From: Candidatus Latescibacterota bacterium
GTDB lineage: Bacteria; Latescibacterota; UBA2968; UBA8231
Length of the DNA stretch: 64,000 nt
Direction of reading: 5' to 3'
Assembly: GCA_965200315.1 (NCBI GenBank)
Contig: OZ241362.1
Coordinates: 640,001-704,000, forward strand
A program made the position numbers and the translations under genes. Below the pieces are notes generated by a model. It saw only the letters and a list, made by a program, of their open reading frames with translations, did no database searches and was not told where the DNA came from. Below are positions 61,092-64,000 of this stretch, in pieces; the stretch's first letter is position 1, and every line of letters begins with the position of its first letter.

Positions 61092-61889
61092 ATGAGCACA
61101 GAACTTTTCGACCTGACCGGCCAAGTTGCCGTAGTGATCGGCGGGGCCCGCGATTTGGGCCGCGACATGGCCGAGAGCCTGGCCGACGCCGGTTGCCATT
61201 TGGCCATTACTTCGCGCCAAGAAGCCAGTGCCCAAGCCACCGCCGAGCATCTCAAAGAGACCTACGGCTGTGCGGTGTACAGCACCGCTCTCGACATCTG
61301 CGACCACGCCGCCCTCAGCCAATTCGCCCAAGACGTGCGCCAGTGGCAAGGTCGCGTCGACGTGGTGGTCAACAACGCCGGTGGCGGCTTGGAGCTGACC
61401 ACCACTGACTTTTTTGCGCGCCAGCCCGCAGACGCCCGCCTGCTCATCGACACCAATTTGACCGGCCCCCTCTTCTCCTGCCAGATCTTCGGCCGCATCA
61501 TGGCCGAACAAGGCTCGGGCTCCATTATCAACATCGCCTCCATCGCCGGTCTAGTCGGCCGCGACCGCCGCATGTACCAGCGCAGCGGCTTGCTCCCGCA
61601 ACCGGTTGACTACGCCTCAGCCAAAGCCGGCGTCATCGGTCTGACCATGGACGCGGCCGCCTACTTGGCACCTATGGGCGTGCGGGCCAACGCCATTTCG
61701 CCCGGCGGCTTTGAGCGCGGCCAACCCCAAGCCTTTATCGACGCGTACCGCGACGCCACCGCCTTGGGCCGCATGGGCCGCGACGGCCTCGATCTGAAGG
61801 GAGCGGTGCGCTTTTTGGCCTCGCCCGCCGCCGATTATATCACCGGACACAACTTGGTGGTGGACGGTGGCTTTTGCCTGTGGAAATGA
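61092..61889 (+). CDS. SDR family oxidoreductase
   Basis: NNAG, YASAK, SPGG, VDGG. Confidence 0.92.
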   Translation: MSTELFDLTGQVAVVIGGARDLGRDMAESLADAGCHLAITSRQEASAQATAEHLKETYGCAVYSTALDICDHAALSQFAQDVRQWQGRVDVVVNNAGGGLELTTTDFFARQPADARLLIDTNLTGPLFSCQIFGRIMAEQGSGSIINIASIAGLVGRDRRMYQRSGLLPQPVDYASAKAGVIGLTMDAAAYLAPMGVRANAISPGGFERGQPQAFIDAYRDATALGRMGRDGLDLKGAVRFLASPAADYITGHNLVVDGGFCLWK

Positions 61890-61892
61890 GCA

Positions 61893-62774
61893 ATGAGCGA
61901 AACCCCCTTAAAAATCACCCCCGAACAGCAGCGGCAGTTCGACGAAGACGGCTTCTTCCTCGTCGAAGACGCCCTGCCGCCCGACCTCATCCGTGCGCTG
62001 TTGCAACGGCTCGACGCGTTGTACGACCGCTACCGCCAAGAGCGCAACCTCGATCCCCGCCAAGCCTTTCAGATGCGCAATATCGCCACCGATTCCCTCT
62101 TTAAGGAATTGATCGACTACCCCGCCATTTTGCCGCTAATTGTGGACCTGATGGGCTACAATATCCAGCTCCGCACCTCGCACCTCGATGTGCGCCCGCC
62201 TCAGGAGCCAGCCGACGGGGAGCACGAATTGGGTGCCGCGGACAGTTTTTTCCCCTGGCACACCGACGGCCCCAATTACGGCTGGCCCGCGGTTGATGGG
62301 GTGCTGCCGTTTATGGAGATGAAGGTCGGCTATTATTTAACCGACCTGACCCAACCTTTAAGCGGTGCCATTTGCGTCGTGCGCGGCAGCCATCGCCAAT
62401 CGCCGTGGATTGACGAGGAGGCGCGCCGCGTCGATCCCGAGCGCATCGTCGAAGTCAACGTCGACCCCGGCACGGCGCTGGTCTGGCGCACAGCCTTGTA
62501 CCACTGCTTGACCCCCAATCTGTCCGACCATCCGCGCAAATGCCTGTATTACGGCTATCAGCACCGCTGGATTCGCCCCTCGGATTACGATCACCAAACC
62601 CCGGACGTCTTGGCCGGGTGCGATCCGGTGCGGCGTCAGCTTTTGGGCGAGTTGGGCACCGGCAGCACGGCCTATGCGGGCGACGACCCCTTGGTGCTGC
62701 CGGTGTCGCGTTACTGGCGGCCCAAAGACGAGGATATCCCGCTCAAGGCTTGGGCGGAGCATTATCGGTCTTAG
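61893..62774 (+). CDS. PhyH family dioxygenase
   Basis: WHTD, GSH, LYH..PN. Confidence 0.9.
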   Translation: MSETPLKITPEQQRQFDEDGFFLVEDALPPDLIRALLQRLDALYDRYRQERNLDPRQAFQMRNIATDSLFKELIDYPAILPLIVDLMGYNIQLRTSHLDVRPPQEPADGEHELGAADSFFPWHTDGPNYGWPAVDGVLPFMEMKVGYYLTDLTQPLSGAICVVRGSHRQSPWIDEEARRVDPERIVEVNVDPGTALVWRTALYHCLTPNLSDHPRKCLYYGYQHRWIRPSDYDHQTPDVLAGCDPVRRQLLGELGTGSTAYAGDDPLVLPVSRYWRPKDEDIPLKAWAEHYRS

Positions 62775-62891
62775 GGCCACGTACCCCTTCTGCTGGCGAG
62801 ACGCCCGCGCCCCGTTGCCCCCACCCCGGCAGGAATGTTAAGATAGCTTCTTAGACCTGCTAGCCTTACCACCAAAAGAGGAGACTGTTCC

Positions 62892-63686
62892 GTGACCCGA
62901 CCAAAACCGCGCCACCTTACCCCCGAGCAAGTCGAACGCTTCTACCTCGACGGCTGCCTGACCGTCGAAGACGTGCTGACCCCGGACGAGGTCGCCGTTT
63001 TGGCAGCCCATACCGACCGCATCGCCACCGGCGAGCTAGAGCACATCCCCGACACCAGCATCCAACTCGAACCCGTCTTCCGTCGCGGCGAAAAAGACGT
63101 CACCGACCCAGTGCTATCCGTGCGCAAACTGTACAACATAGCGGTGTACGACTGCGTAATGTGGGCCCATGTCACCCACCCCAAAATCGCCGCCATCATC
63201 GCCGACTTGCTCGGCACCGACGACATCAAGATGTACGGCGACCAGCTCTTTATGAAAGCTCCGCGCACGGGCTCGGCGCAGGGCTGGCACCAAGACTCGG
63301 CCTCTTGGCGCGACATTTTCCCCATGGACTTGGTCTCCGCTTGGACCGCCATTGACGCGGCCACCCTCGACAACGGCTGCCTCAACTTTGCCTTGGGTAC
63401 TCACCGCTGGGGCATGTTGCGGGGCGATCGTTTAGCCCCTTTTGTCGCCGATCTAGAAGGCGGCGGCTGGCCCATCCGGCCCGCTCCCCTCCGCCCCGGC
63501 AGTATCAGTTTCCACCACAGCCTAACGCTGCACCAGAGCAACGCCAATCGGACCGGCACGCGGCGCAGAGGCTATGCCGTACACTACATGCGTGCGACTT
63601 CTTGGCGCGACGAGGCAGTCACCGACGCGCCCAAGATGCCGCCCTTTAAGCAGGTGCGGGGCCGGTCTTTTCCGGGGAGGGTTTGA
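62892..63686 (+). CDS. PhyH family dioxygenase
   Basis: WHQD, NGCL, GTH, TLHQS..N. Confidence 0.92.
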   Translation: MTRPKPRHLTPEQVERFYLDGCLTVEDVLTPDEVAVLAAHTDRIATGELEHIPDTSIQLEPVFRRGEKDVTDPVLSVRKLYNIAVYDCVMWAHVTHPKIAAIIADLLGTDDIKMYGDQLFMKAPRTGSAQGWHQDSASWRDIFPMDLVSAWTAIDAATLDNGCLNFALGTHRWGMLRGDRLAPFVADLEGGGWPIRPAPLRPGSISFHHSLTLHQSNANRTGTRRRGYAVHYMRATSWRDEAVTDAPKMPPFKQVRGRSFPGRV

Positions 63687-63762
63687 GCACTCAACTCGCA
63701 ACATTGCCTGCGAACTGCACTATGGTACTTTGGTAGTGTAGAGATAGCTAATAGAGGTCTCG

Positions 63763-63855
63763 ATGGCGAAAGCAAATATCCTGAACACCCGCACGATCAA
63801 CTACATGGAGTTGATCGGCAACGGCAAGCTGTACCGTGTGCCTCCATACCAGCGC
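63763..63855 (+). pseudogene. DUF262 (GmrS/ParB-like) N-terminal remnant
   Basis: MAKANILNT..NYMELIGNGKLYRVPPYQR, then loses homology and stops. Confidence 0.75.
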
Positions 63856-64000
63856 AGCGTCGGCGCAGGACTGGTATGAATCGCTTGATGATGCTGACCA
63901 TATAACGATGCCCTTTCGCCGCCTGCGCCTTGTTGACGAAGGCGAGTTCGAGGAGTATATCCATCGGCAACTCAGCGGCAGAGAGCTTCCTAGGATGTCC

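Noticed and set aside
1-64000. CRISPR array, tRNA, rRNA or integron attC array
   Set aside because: No regularly spaced repeats, cloverleaf or RYYYAAC...GTTRRRY series seen; GTTAGGG near 6779 is an isolated imperfect match.
1-64000. Avoidance of GATATC due to the EcoRV-like system
   Set aside because: Several GATATC sites are present (e.g. near 21175, 31142, 39631, 41646); no evident depletion.

Overview
GC-rich (~60-65%) bacterial chromosome segment dominated by catabolic genes: two sugar ABC transporter operons, Gfo/Idh/MocA oxidoreductases, enolase-superfamily dehydratases, several PhyH-type dioxygenases, sulfatases, sialidase/beta-propeller hydrolases, uxuA and ilvD. This repertoire resembles Latescibacterota/Poribacteria-like marine or sponge-associated bacteria (inference only). 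Interspersed are defence/TA modules: an EcoRV-like restriction-modification pair, two Panacea (DUF4065) antitoxin pairs, HigBA, an AAA-ATPase/PD-(D/E)XK nuclease and an Rpn-family nuclease. Three patterns stand out. (1) Integrase-free defence cassettes are bounded by 17-19 bp direct repeats that duplicate the stop-codon region of the upstream host gene; this is clear for the RM pair and the Panacea/PemK-like pair and degenerate for the AAA cassette. (2) About ten gene remnants are fused at abrupt junctions compatible with microhomology-mediated deletion. (3) CCWGG appears strongly depleted, with excess CCAAG/CTTGG/CTAG, as expected from unrepaired 5mC deamination. IS5-type MITEs, REP-like hairpins and an in-frame 24-bp repeat insertion inside a CDS are also present. 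No rRNA, tRNA or CRISPR array was seen. All family assignments are by eye from motifs, not database searches.
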